A stretch of 64,000 nt of DNA from Eledone cirrhosa (lineage: Eukaryota). The notes beneath the pieces are model-generated. The model had not been told where the DNA came from. It searched no databases and was given only the letters and a program-made list of their open reading frames with translations. The translations under genes were made by a program, and so were the position numbers. The stretch lies in the NCBI GenBank assembly GCA_964016885.1, contig OZ024741.1, positions 314,526,001-314,590,000 on the forward strand. The letters are read 5' to 3'. Shown piece after piece: positions 1-11,784 of the stretch. Every line of letters starts with the position of its first letter. Position 1 is the stretch's first letter.

Positions 1-300
1 AATGATTATGATATGTGTTTGTATGCGTGGGAAAGAAGAGAAAGGAAGAAGAGCTAGCAATTACGTTAATGGGGGGGTGGGTTATTTACCTATATTATGA
101 GTTATAATATTGTATATATAATCAATTAGATTATAGGAAGAATTATGGTTGAAAGTATTTTTATCTTATTACATTACGATAGGTTATATGTATATAAATA
201 TCTATTTATATATTAATAATTGCGTATGTATTAGTATTATACATATAGAGATAATATATAATTATTAGTTGTTTATATATAAAATATGAGTTACGAAGTG

Positions 301-431
301 TCCACCATAGTACAGATAATGGGACCCTGTCAAGGGGTTCTCCCTATCTAAAAAATCTAGATACAATGGCTTACACTTTGCTAAGTACCTCTCAAGCAGT
401 CGTCGCACTATAAAGGGAGAATCAATGGCAC
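301..431 (-). mobile_element. Decayed RTE LINE fragment (LINE-A, downstream part); all units
   Basis: SAIDSPFIVRRLLERYLAKCKPLYLDFLD..DRVP..VLWW corresponds to STTDAIFIVRQLQEKYLAK.KPLY.AFVDLEKAFDRVP..V.WW. Confidence 0.75.
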
Positions 432-1397
432 TCTTCTTCTTCTTCTTCTTCTTCTTCTTCTTCTTCTTCTTCTTCTTCTTCTTCTTCTTCTTCTTGCTAA
501 AATGGTAGTGGGTGGGGGAACCATTCCTTCCAGTGGGTTTGTCAGAAGCAACCGTCTCCAAATAATCCGGCTGGATCCCTAATCTAGACCAGATCTGCTC
601 ATGGATGTTATGCAATCATCTTGCACGGTCTCTCTCGCTGGGCTTCCTTCCGGGTGCGTTTACCCGTAAAATCTTTGTATCGATTTTTTCGCGAGACATT
701 TTAAACGCATGGATATAGTATCGTATCTGTAATCTCTCAATTCGGAGAAGAAACGACACTCCCTGGAAGGAAACCAGATCTCCAAGCTACGCACCCTACT
801 GAGTAACGTTACTGAAAATACCCTTTGGAGGAACCCTATTTCTGACGCTTGTATTCACGATCATATTTGTTTGATCATTACCCAAGATTCATGACCATAA
901 TGCGTGTGTACACGAATACCGTACTGAAGATAACCAGTTTGGATTTTTCACCTACATCCCTTCTTCCGCATTACAGCACCAGCTCCTGCAATTCTTGCGC
1001 ACTTAATTCAGCCACATGCGTTCCATCACTTGGTAACATTGCCTCAACATACTTGAATTTTTCCACCTGTTTAAGTGGAACTCCATTCATATATAGATTG
1101 CACGGCACAAGGATACCTTGAGACGACGAGTGTCTCAGTTTTCGCAGCATTGATTTTCATTCCAGCCATGCAGCACTCGACATCAAAACTACAGAGTGCA
1201 ATTCGGTGATTTTCTTCTTCGGAGTTACGGAATACCGCGTCGTCTGAAAATTCTAGCCGACTGATTTTACACTTGCCAGTCATGATACAACTTCTAGCCC
1301 GACTGCCCATGTCAATCATTTTCATATAAATAATGAACACGATAGATGAAAGACGCACTCCCAGATTGAATGGTTTCCATTTAGCACCATTTATCCA
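432..1397 (-). mobile_element. 5'-truncated, decayed RTE-type LINE (LINE-B) with (GAA)n 3' tail; present in all nine units
   Basis: Minus-strand IVFIIYM..ISRLEFSDDAVF..ECCMAGMKINAAKTETLVVSR resembles LFADD..GMKI..KTE RT motifs; ends in (CTT)21 on the + strand at 433-495. Confidence 0.8.
433..495 (+). repeat. (CTT)21 microsatellite (LINE-B tail)
   Basis: Read directly; homologous tracts in units 2-9 have about 8, 5, 4, 4, 7, 4, 7, 8 repeats. Confidence 0.97.
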
Positions 1398-1915
1398 GTG
1401 GTAGCATAAATTCAAACGTCATCTTATCTACTTTGAATATCTCTCGAATTAATCATGCTATAACATTTTCAACAAATTTCATAACATGGTCCATCAACTT
1501 GATACTTCCGTACTTATTTTCTCTAGTGCATCTTCATATTCCTTGTAGACGATGACGATAACTTTGCTGCTCCAGTCATTGGGTATGACACCTTTCTTGT
1601 ACTACTTGATTAACTATATGTCCGAGAAGCACATATCCTACAATTGATTTATCTATCTCATTGCTGTCAACTTCTTAGCTGATCCCTTAGTCAGATATAC
1701 ATGTGGTAAGCCCTTACTGTCCCATTTATTCTCTTCGTTCAGTAGTCTCTCATATTAAGTACTTCTTTTCGGTATAAGACAAGGTGGGTGTTCCACTGCC
1801 ATTTCGACCATTTCACGATTTTCTCTAGCACACTCTCTTGCAATACTTTATACATCCTTCAACTGATCTTCGCGACGAAGAACATGAGCAACTGTTTTTC
1901 TCCCTCTGCCCTTGC
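1398..1915 (-). mobile_element. Decayed RTE LINE fragment (LINE-A, upstream part), interrupted by LINE-B; all units
   Basis: Across frameshifts the minus strand reads KATGPSG..(in units 2-9)..GVIPNDWSSKVIVIVYK..DALE..IKLMDHVMKFVENVI..FEFM, the typical RTE segment preceding RT motif 'QFGF.PGRSTTDAIF'. Confidence 0.75.
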
Positions 1916-1934
1916 TAGGTATACCTAATTAAAC

Positions 1935-2212
1935 CTAGTTAAGGAGATAATGGATGTAAGGGCGGGTAGGAAGACTTGACAAAAGAAAGACAGGCGTCAA
2001 GCTGTTCATGGTAGAAAGAAGTGGCGCAGATAGAATACTCAATGTAACGGCCGTATAACTCAGGGGTAGGTGCAGTATACTGGGAGAAAATTTGATCTTC
2101 GTCGTAGCTGACGAACAAGTCGGCGTATTTCGTGCACATACAATTTACCATGGCTATCCCAGTAATGTGTCGGTAATACTTCCTCGAAATTGTTGAGGTT
2201 GAGAACAACTGA
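1935..2212 (-). mobile_element. Penelope-like RT relic (canonical YIDD type); all units
   Basis: YYRHITGIAM..KYADLFVSYDEDQIFSQYTAPTPELYGRYIEY..LSFVKSSYPPL resembles YxQxxGxAMG..YANLF..RYIDD..F.N.FHP.L. Homologues at track ORFs 7755, 15129, 22126, 29310, 36507, 43830, 50727, 60686. Confidence 0.75.
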
Positions 2213-2332
2213 TTCTTTTATCACCACTTTAATCTTATAATTATTGATATGGTATATATAATTGATATCTCATTTATAACTGTATTTAATTAATGGTATA
2301 TTCAACATTGTCATGTATATTGATATTTTCAG

Positions 2333-2467
2333 AATGCCCAGTAGGAAAGTATGGTGAGTCTTGTCGGTTGACATGCCATTGTTTCAACAACACTAAGTGT
2401 GAAAAAGTAACTGGAAATTGTTCAGCTGGATGTGCTGCAGGTTTTATGGGTAGCAGCTGCAACGAAG
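2333..2467 (+). CDS. Internal coding exon, EGF-like module copy 1 of a multiple-EGF-domain protein (MEGF10/11, Draper/CED-1, SCARF-like)
   Basis: ttttcag|AATGC...GAAG|gtattt; 135 bp, phase 1-1; (E)[44 protein letters not shown]; 8-Cys CPxGxYGxxCxxxCxC...GxCxxGCxxGxxGxxC pattern. Confidence 0.9.
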
Positions 2468-2493
2468 GTATTTCTAAAAGATGCTACGTATTT

Positions 2494-3070
<577 letters not shown>

Positions 3071-3225
3071 AATATATATAACAACTACTAAATAGGGAGA
3101 TGTTTAAATTATAGTAACAAGTTTTGAAAGTGGATCAATATTACAGATACATTATCCATTTATTGAACGTACAGTAGAACGGAGGGTAAATTACAGTATG
3201 AAACGTCGTAATTAGGCAAATTATT

Positions 3226-3780
3226 AGTTAATAACTTCTTCTATCATATAAATCAAAACAATACAAAAGGTTCTTCATCCTCAGTCTATACTGATTAATG
3301 TTCTGAGCGATCCTTAGCATTCTCGTGTAGCGCCCATCCACCATCTGAGTAAGTTTCTTGGTGAATGTCCCAGACTCAGACCCATACAGAAGCACAGACT
3401 CCCCTACAGCAATGAAGAGACTTCCACACCGATCTGTGGCACGCCGCCCACATTTTTCTCTTCCTATCTACCACATCATCTCCTGTATTCCCAATTTGCT
3501 CCCAGATACAGGAAGTCCTCAACCAATTCTAGCGGCTTCTTGCCTACATTAGTAATCTTCTCTGGCTTCTTAATATTCTCTACCATATACTTCATCTTAA
3601 TCTCATTCATTCCAAGCCCCATATTCATCGACACAGTCTCCACCTCCTGCATCAAATTCTCTGCCTCCTTCACTGTGTTTGTCACCGCAACTATTTCATC
3701 GACAAATTCAGCATCCTCTATCTTTTTCGCCTTAACTCTGCTCTTCTGACCCAATGATACAGTAAAAAGCAAGTGAGCTA
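3226..3780 (-). mobile_element. Decayed RTE/RTEX-type LINE RT fragment (LINE-C), unit 1 copy
   Basis: EFVDEIVAV..LELVEDFLYLG.. and, downstream, ESVLLYGSE..VDGRYTRMLRIA.NI; carries a 29-bp deletion relative to units 2-8. Confidence 0.8.
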
Positions 3781-3870
3781 ATCCGGAGGAGACAAAAGTG
3801 AGTAGTTATGCAGACTTCTAGCCAGTATAGAAAAGGTTAATGTGCTCAATGCATATAGGTTGTTTTATAC

Positions 3871-3902
<32 letters not shown>

Positions 3903-4501
3903 ATACATATATATATATATATCGCCGTATTTTGACTACAGAAATTAAAGAAATGATTTAGCCTGATAATGGGGTTAAGAACCCTCGGAGAAATGGAAAA
4001 AGATGACTATTGACATACATGGGAGTTGAACCCACATCTTTGGTTATGCGGACGATTGTGAAACCATTTACACCAACACATCAAATAAATATAATATTAA
4101 TAATATCAGGCTAAATAATTTCTTTAATATCTTTCGTCAAAATACAGCGATAGCTTACATTTCTAATAATTTCAAACCCACTCGCTGCTCCGAAATTATT
4201 CTTACTTGACATTACAGTCGCTAAGTTTATAGCTTCTAATTTGAAAGGAAAAAGACGGGTGATGTGTTGGTGTAAATGGTAGCACAGTGGTCCGGATAAC
4301 CAAAGATGTGGGTTCGACATCCATGTACGCCGGTACTCATCTTTTTCCATTTCTGAGGGTTCTTAACCCCACTATCTGTACGAAATAATTTCTTTAATTT
4401 ATTTAGTCAAAATACGGCGATAGCTTATATTTCTAATAATTTCATCCCCACTCGCTGTTCCGAAAATATTCTTACTATTTATATATATATACATATATAT
4501 G

Positions 4502-4535
<34 letters not shown>

Positions 4536-5230
4536 AGTATATATATATATATATATGTGTACATGTATATCACCAAAGTAATTACCAAAGTAAACGTACA
4601 GAAAATATAAATAAACTGAAACAATCGGATACAACTTTGTCAACGCTGATGAAACCAATAACCTATACAACATGGATAAACAAGAATCACCGAAATCATA
4701 AATAGGGAGTTAAGTAAGAAATGTAAAAAGAGACTTTAAAGTGAAATCTGGATGAGGCAATTGAAGACATGAATTAGATAGTAACTAGACGTCAGAAACG
4801 CGGATAACACTGAGGGTTACAAACCGAATTACAACACTAATGTCACAATCAGACATATTGCAATTCAGGCCAGTCATTGAAGTAATAAGCAAAATTCTAA
4901 TTAGTGTCTTCGCCAACGAAGACTCTAATTAGATATAATAAGGACCTATGAACGGGAAAATATTGATCGTACAGTTTCTATATTACAATGGGATCCAGTG
5001 ACTCAGAGCAGGTGACCGATCACGTGAGATATGTGAAGAAGTGTTTTCTGGGTCTCAGCGGAGGATTATATCATGATGATGCCCTATGTACCCCACTCAT
5101 ACATAAACAGACAGATTAGCGAGGATGAAGAAGTAAATATCTTAAATTTTCAAGTACATAAGACAAGAAGTCGCAATCTACAGTAAACATTAAAAATCTG
5201 ATATATCAATTGAATTCTTCGACATTCATC

Positions 5231-5276
<46 letters not shown>

Positions 5277-5782
5277 ATTTTTTTAATGGTCGTTTTGCAA
5301 GCCTCAACAATGCAGATGGGCAAATCTGCGGGTAACAAAATCCGGTGGAGCAGAGAGAGATGTAACGGAATGGAGAATGAGATGTACAGGGTGTAGTGGA
5401 ACGTTGGAAGGAGCGTAAAAAAAGAAAATAATAACACGGGAGAGATTTAATTGTCCCAATATTTCGGATGCGCATCCATCAACTGGGGAGTTTTCCGGGG
5501 GGAAAGTTATCTGTCGGAGAGGAACAGTATGTGGCCTCTGATGTCCGCTGTTTGTTTGTAATTGAGGTATTCTGTAGAGCGCACTTGCGCGCGGAATAGG
5601 TGCGGTCAAGCAAAGATCGAAGCACCTCCTTTTTTATTGTGGGAGTGGGATAGCAATACACTTTATGGTTAATTAAAAGCATTTGAAGACCTTGCGCTAT
5701 TGTTTTAAAGTAGTGACTATGTCACTTACTACTATGCTTTGAATTAAGCATACAGTTTATTGCAAAATAAACTATATATACA

Positions 5783-5844
<62 letters not shown>

Positions 5845-5924
5845 GAAGGTGTGATAAGATACCAAGTGGAGTTCAGTTCTAGCTGTCCAAGTGAGCGGTG
5901 CTCAGACGTCGTACCCCTAACAAT

Positions 5925-5971
<47 letters not shown>

Positions 5972-8076
5972 CTCAAGACCCCTGACGGCAGAGCTCCACC
6001 ATAGTACAGAGAATGGGACCCTGTCAAGAGGTTCTCCCTATCTTAAAAATTTAGATACAATGGCTTACACTTTGCTAAGTACCTCTCAAGCAGTCGTCGC
6101 ACTATACAGGGAGAATCAATGGCACTCTTCTTCTTCTTCTTCTTCTTCTTGCTAAAATGGTAGTGGGTGGGGGAACCATTCCTTCCAGTGGGTTTGTCAG
6201 AAGCAACCGTCTCCAAATAATCCGGCTGGATCCCTAATCTAGACCAGATCTGCTCATGGATGTTATGCAACCATCTTGCACGGTCTCTTTCGCTGGGCTT
6301 CGTTCCGGGTGCGTTTACCCGAAAATCTTTGTATCGATTTTTTCGCAAGACATTTTAAACGCATGGATATAGTATCGTATCTGTAATCTCTCAATTCGGA
6401 GAGGAAGCGACACTCCCTGAAAGGAAACCAGATCTCCAAGCTACGCACCCTACTGAGTAACGTTACTGAAAATACCCTTTGGAGGAACCCTATTTCTGAC
6501 GCTTGTATTCACGATCATATTCGTTTGATCATTACCCAAGATTCATGACCATAATGCGTGTGTACACGAATACCGTACTGAAAATAACCAGTTTGGATTT
6601 TTCACCTACATCCCTTCTTCCACATTACAGCACCAGCTCCTGCAATTCTTGCGCACTTAATACAGCCCCATGCGTTCCATCACTTGGTAACATTGCCTCA
6701 ACATACTTGAATTTCTCCACTTGTTTAAGTGGAACTCCATTCATATATAGATTGCACGGCACAAGGATACCTTGAGACGACGAGTGTCTCAGTTTTCGCA
6801 GCAATGATATTCATTCCAGCCATGCAGCACTCGACATCCAACCTACAGAGTGCAATTCGGTGATTTTCTTCTTCGGAGTTAAGGAATACCGCGTCGTCTG
6901 AAAATTCTAGCCGACTGATTTTACACTTGCCAGTCATGATACAACTTCTAGCCCGACTGCCCATGTCAATCATTTTCATATAAATAATGAACACGATAGA
7001 TGAAAAATGCACTCCCAGATTGAATGGTTCCCATTTAGCACCATTTATCCAGTGGTAGCATCAATTCAAACGTCATCTTATCTACTTTGAATATCTCTCG
7101 AATTAATCATGCTATAACATTTTCAACAAATTTCATAACATGGTCCATCAACTTGATACTTCCGTACTTATTTTCTCTAGTGCATCTTCATATTCCTTGT
7201 AGACGATGACGATAACTTTGCTGCTCCAGTCATTGGGTATGACACCTTTCTTGTACTACTTGATTAACTATATGTCCGAGTAGCACATATCCTACAATGC
7301 CAGGTGCTTTTAGCCTCTCAACAAATATACCAGATGGTCCAGTGGCCTTCTCTAGATTCATGTGCCTAATTGATTTATCTATCTCATTGCTGTCAACTTC
7401 TTAGCTGATCCCTTAGTCAGATATACATGTGGTAAGCCCTTACTGTCCCATTTATTCTCTTCGTTCAGTAGTCTCTCATAGTAAGTACTTCTTTTCGGTA
7501 TAAGACAAGGTGGGTGTTCCACTGCCATTTCGACCATTTCACGATTTTCACGATTTTCACGATTTTTTCTAGCACACTCTCTTGCAATCCTTTATACATC
7601 CTTCAACTGATCTTCGCGACGAAGAACATGAGAAACTGTTTTTCTCCCTCTGCCCTTGCTAGGTATACCTAATTAAACTTAGTTAAGGAGATAATGGAGG
7701 TAAGGGCGGGTAGGAAGACTTGACAAAAGAAAGACAGGCGTCAAGCTCTTCATGTTAGAAAGAAGTGGCGCAGATAGAATACTCAATATAACGGCCGTAT
7801 AACTCAGGGGTAGGTGCAGTATACTGGGAGAAAATTTGATCTTCGTCGTAGCTGACGAACAAGTCGGCGTATTTCGTGCACATGCAATTTACCATGGCTA
7901 TCCCAGTAATGTGTCGGTAATACTTCCTCGAAATTGTTGAGGTTGAGAACAACTGATTCTTTTATCACCACTTTAATCTTATAATTATTGATATGGTATA
8001 TATAATTGATATCTCATTTATAACTGTATTTAATTAATGGTATATTCAACATTGTCATGTATATTGAGATTTTCAG

Positions 8077-8211
8077 AATGCCCAGCAGGAAAGTATGGTG
8101 TGTCTTGTCGGTTGACATGCCATTGTTTCAACAACACTAAGTGTGAACAAGTAACTGGAAACTGTCCAGCTGGATGTGCTGCAGGTTTTATGGGTAGCAG
8201 CTGCGACGAAG
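8077..8211 (+). CDS. Internal coding exon, EGF-like module copy 2
   Basis: AG/GT bounded, 135 bp, phase 1-1; [44 protein letters not shown]. Confidence 0.88.
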
Positions 8212-8237
8212 GTATTTCTTAAAGATACTACGTATTT

Positions 8238-8337
<100 letters not shown>

Positions 8338-8524
8338 ACGAAGGAAATGTGGTAAGGAACCAGGTGGACCATAACGCACCAAAGTACTCAATACTTGAGG
8401 TAGTTGAGTGGGTAATATGAACCACTAGGACCCCGACAACTGAGCTCAAGCCGTTTCGACGTCTAATTCATTTAGAATTAGCCGTCGAAACGCCTTGAGC
8501 TCAGCTGACGGGGTCCTACTGGTT

Positions 8525-8526
<2 letters not shown>
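8338..8526. mobile_element. Unit-2-specific ~190-bp insertion in (TA)n containing a 51-bp-arm hairpin; probable PLE 3'-end remnant
   Basis: Absent from the other eight post-exon TA tracts; arms 8419-8469 and 8475-8525 pair at 46/51 positions around an ATTTA loop. Confidence 0.7.
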
Positions 8527-8595
<69 letters not shown>

Positions 8596-10499
8596 GTTTC
8601 TATATTAGGCACAAGGCCAGCAATTACCCAGTGCATTATTGGTACTTTATTTTATAGACCCCGTAAGGATGAAAGGCAAAGACAACCTCGGCGGGATATG
8701 AACTCAGATCGTAAAGGGACGTAACTATGCTGGACAGCATGGCATCCGACCCTCTACCGATACTGCTAATATATATAATAACTACTAAATAGGGAGATGT
8801 TTAAATTATAGTAACAAGTTTTGAAAGGGGATCAATATTACAGATAAATTATCCATTTATTGAACGTACAGTAGAACGGAGGGTAAATTACAGTATGAAA
8901 TGTCGTAATTAGGCAAATTATTAGTTAATATCTTCTTCTATCATATGAATCAAAACAAAACAAAAGGTTCTTCATCCTCAGTCTATACTGATTAATGTTC
9001 AGAGCGATCCTTAGCATTCTCGTGTAGCGCCCATCCACCATCTGAGTAAGTTTCTTGGTGAATGTCCCAGACTCAGACCCATACAGAAGCACAGACTCCC
9101 CTACAGCAACGAAGAGACGGGTCTTCAGCTCTTTACGAAGGTCCGACTTCCACACCGATCTGTGGCACGCCGCCCACGCTTTTCTCTTCCTCTCGATCAC
9201 ATCATCTTCTGTATTCCCAGTCTTTGCTCCCAGATACATGACGTCCTCAACTAATTCTAGCGGCTTCCCGCCTACATTAGTAATCTTCTCTGGCTTCTTA
9301 ATATTCTCTACCATATACTTCATCTTAATCTCATTCATTCAAAGCCCCATATTCATCGATACAGTCTCCACCTCCTGCATCAAATCCTCTGCCTCCTTCA
9401 CTGTGTTTGTCACCAGAACTATGTCATCGACAAATTCAGCATCCGATATCTTTTTCGCCTTAACTCTGCTCTTCTGACCCAATGTTACAGTAAAAAGCAA
9501 GTGAGCTAATCCGGAGGAGACAAAAGTGAGTAGTTATGCAAACTTCTAGCCAGTATAGAAAAGGTTAATGTGCTCAATGCATATAGGTTGTTAGACTAGC
9601 GAACCATGCGATTAAATGTAATGAGAGATAGCTTAACAATTGTATAATAAGCAGAGTAAAAACCGTTTTTAAAATGCTGGAGGGAATAACAAAGATTTAT
9701 GAATACATGTATATATTTAATGGCTGACAAGCATGGCAGTGTAAAAAACCTTATAACAGCCATTTTGTGTGGCTGCTATCACTTCCTTTCACTTCCAACC
9801 TTTTACTAACAATATTCCACATTTAAAGAAGTTTTTTCACTTCGGTGATATAATTCAATTTATGAATTAATATATGAAGAATATTTTTGTAGGCTCTGAT
9901 GGCTCTAGCTCCCACATTTTGCCACCGGTTTCGTTCAAATTTTATAGCAAAATAGAATTTATCATTGCACATACTGTAATGGCTTAATACTTTGCATTTG
10001 TTGTTCAGGGACGACGTGGCAGCCGCTTATATTTTCAAAATATACCACTTTTAGACTCAAATTTCCACTTCTTCGGTGGGTACTGCTGCTAGTATATATA
10101 TAAATTTACAGTATCGTGAGAGAGGATAGAGAGATGAGGTAAAAGGAAACAATACAGAGGATTATTTGCCAAAAGCGGGTGCAAATGTGCTCCATGCTTA
10201 GGTAAGCAAGGTTAAACATTAGAGGCGTTAATATTTAGTGTACGAAGTTAAGCAGAGCATTTATAATCGAAAATATTAATGAAACAGAAGCAAGCCGTTT
10301 AAACACATTTATAAATAACCTAAAAACATTTGTATTAACATCATTATTTTAATTTTTATTTGTATTTAAATCATTTATTATCTTATATATACACACCTTT
10401 CACCATTTGTATTTGTATTTCTCCACTTAAACATATTTTATCTGGATCATTTTATCCTATAATATAATACATCTCGAACTAGCTATTTTACATAGTAAT

Positions 10500-10905
10500 G
10501 TATATTCGTCCGTATGTTTATTTTCTATTCTTTCTTCTTCATATCCCAATATTCATGATTAATTTCTATCCCCTTCTGCCTCCTCATCCCTCTTAATCTT
10601 CCTCTATTTCTTCTCATCTTCCTTACTTATCCTTCCTCTTTGCCTATGCTATATCCCCATCCCTTTTATCTTTCTATATATATCTTTATTATTATTAATA
10701 TTATATTTATTTTGATGTGATAGTTTGATTTCGTAACTTTGCCGGTTATACATTTAACTATATCTTCGTTCCTTCTTTCGTCATTTTCTTTCTTTCTCTC
10801 TCATTTCCATCTGTACCCCTTCCTTTATTTATTTATCATTAATACTATTATTGATGTAGAAATTTGAATTTTCAAGTTTACCGTTACGCATATATTTTAT
10901 ATTAG
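10500..10905 (+). repeat. Pyrimidine-rich low-complexity block within the ~1.47 kb segment present in units 2-9 and missing from unit 1
   Basis: CT-rich runs with a degenerate internal direct repeat (..ttgatgtgatagtttgattt.. / ..ttgatgtagaaatttgaattt..). Confidence 0.6.
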
Positions 10906-11098
10906 TTAATAGTTTCTGATGAAATGATTGAATTTAGATGTATGGTAAATTGAGTTATACTGTCTCCAGTATTTAGCAATTTATAGACAATTCTATCATG
11001 GAAACAATTGTAAGATTATAAATAAATATCCATGTTTGTACTGTCAACCATGTTATACTTAACTGTTTTATACATATATATATATATACATATACATA

Positions 11099-11133
<35 letters not shown>

Positions 11134-11136
<3 letters not shown>

Positions 11137-11690
11137 GCCGTATTTTGACTAAAGAAATTAAAGAAATTATTTAACCTGATATTGGGGTTAAGAACCCTCG
11201 GAGAAATGGAAAAAGATGACTATTGACATACATGGGAGTTGAACCCACATCTTTGGTTGCCCGGACCACTGTGAAACCATTTACACCAACACATCAAATA
11301 AATATAATATTAATAATATCAGGCTAAATAATTTCTTTAATTTCTTTCGTCAAAATACAGCGATAGCTTACATTTCTAATAATTTCAAACCCACTCGCTG
11401 CTCCGAAATTATTCTTACTTGACATTACAGTCGCTAAGTTTATAGCTTCTAATTTGAATGGAAAAAGACGGGTGATGTGTTGGTGTAAATGATAGCACAG
11501 TGGTCCGGATAACCAAAGATGTGGGTTCGACTCCCATGTACGTCAGTACTCATCTTTTTCCATTTCTCCGAGGGTTCTTAACCCCACTATCTGGCTAAAT
11601 AATTTCTTTAATTTATTTAGTCAAAATACGGCGATAGCTTACATTTCTAATAATTTCATCCACACTCGCTGTTCCGAAAATATTCTTACT
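11134..11690 (+). mobile_element. Non-coding element with tRNA-like core, ~163-bp inverted repeat and ~103-bp direct repeat, bounded by (TA)n; units 1-8
   Basis: 11134-11296 is the reverse complement of 11473-11635; 11317-11419 is repeated at 11588-11690. Homologues start at ~3921, 18217, 25425, 32611, 40059, 46874, 53856. Confidence 0.8.
11474..11545 (+). pseudogene. tRNA-like sequence (pseudo-tRNA / SINE head), 72 nt
   Basis: Folds by eye into a cloverleaf: acceptor GATGTGT/GTACGTC (three G-U pairs), D stem GTGT/GCAC, anticodon stem TGGT/ACCA with non-canonical loop CCGGATA, T arm GTGGG-TTCGACT-CCCAT. Confidence 0.65.
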
Positions 11691-11718
11691 ATATATATAC
11701 ATATATATGTATATATAA

Positions 11719-11757
<39 letters not shown>

Positions 11758-11784
11758 AGTATATATATATATATATATATATAT

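Noticed and set aside
265-615. Poly-lysine protein ORF
   Set aside because: Read-through of the LINE-B (GAA)n tail into the LINE-A relic; tract length varies freely among units.
4644-4700. Hammerhead ribozyme at CTGATGA...CGAAA
   Set aside because: It lies in the decayed coding sequence of the PLE relic (ADETNN codons) and I find no convincing stems.
5272-5786. Protein-coding assignment for the 63-125 aa minus-strand ORFs (MTAPIPRASAL..., MRIQNIG...)
   Set aside because: No recognisable motif, overlapping ORFs in several frames and frameshifts between units; left as an unclassified TA-bounded block.
10009-10201. Second exon per unit (ttgttcag| ... ag|gtaagc)
   Set aside because: 193 bp is not a multiple of 3, it has a stop in the phase-1 frame, shows no domain similarity and is absent from unit 1.
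10170-10216. piggyBac-like terminus (..gcaaggTTAA)
   Set aside because: I could not find a matching inverted terminus or any transposase remnant.
11474-11545. Functional tRNA gene array
   Set aside because: Anticodon loop is non-canonical (C33, pyrimidine at 37), differs in the inverted copy, box B is mutated in units 3-5, and the sequence is embedded in a repeat.
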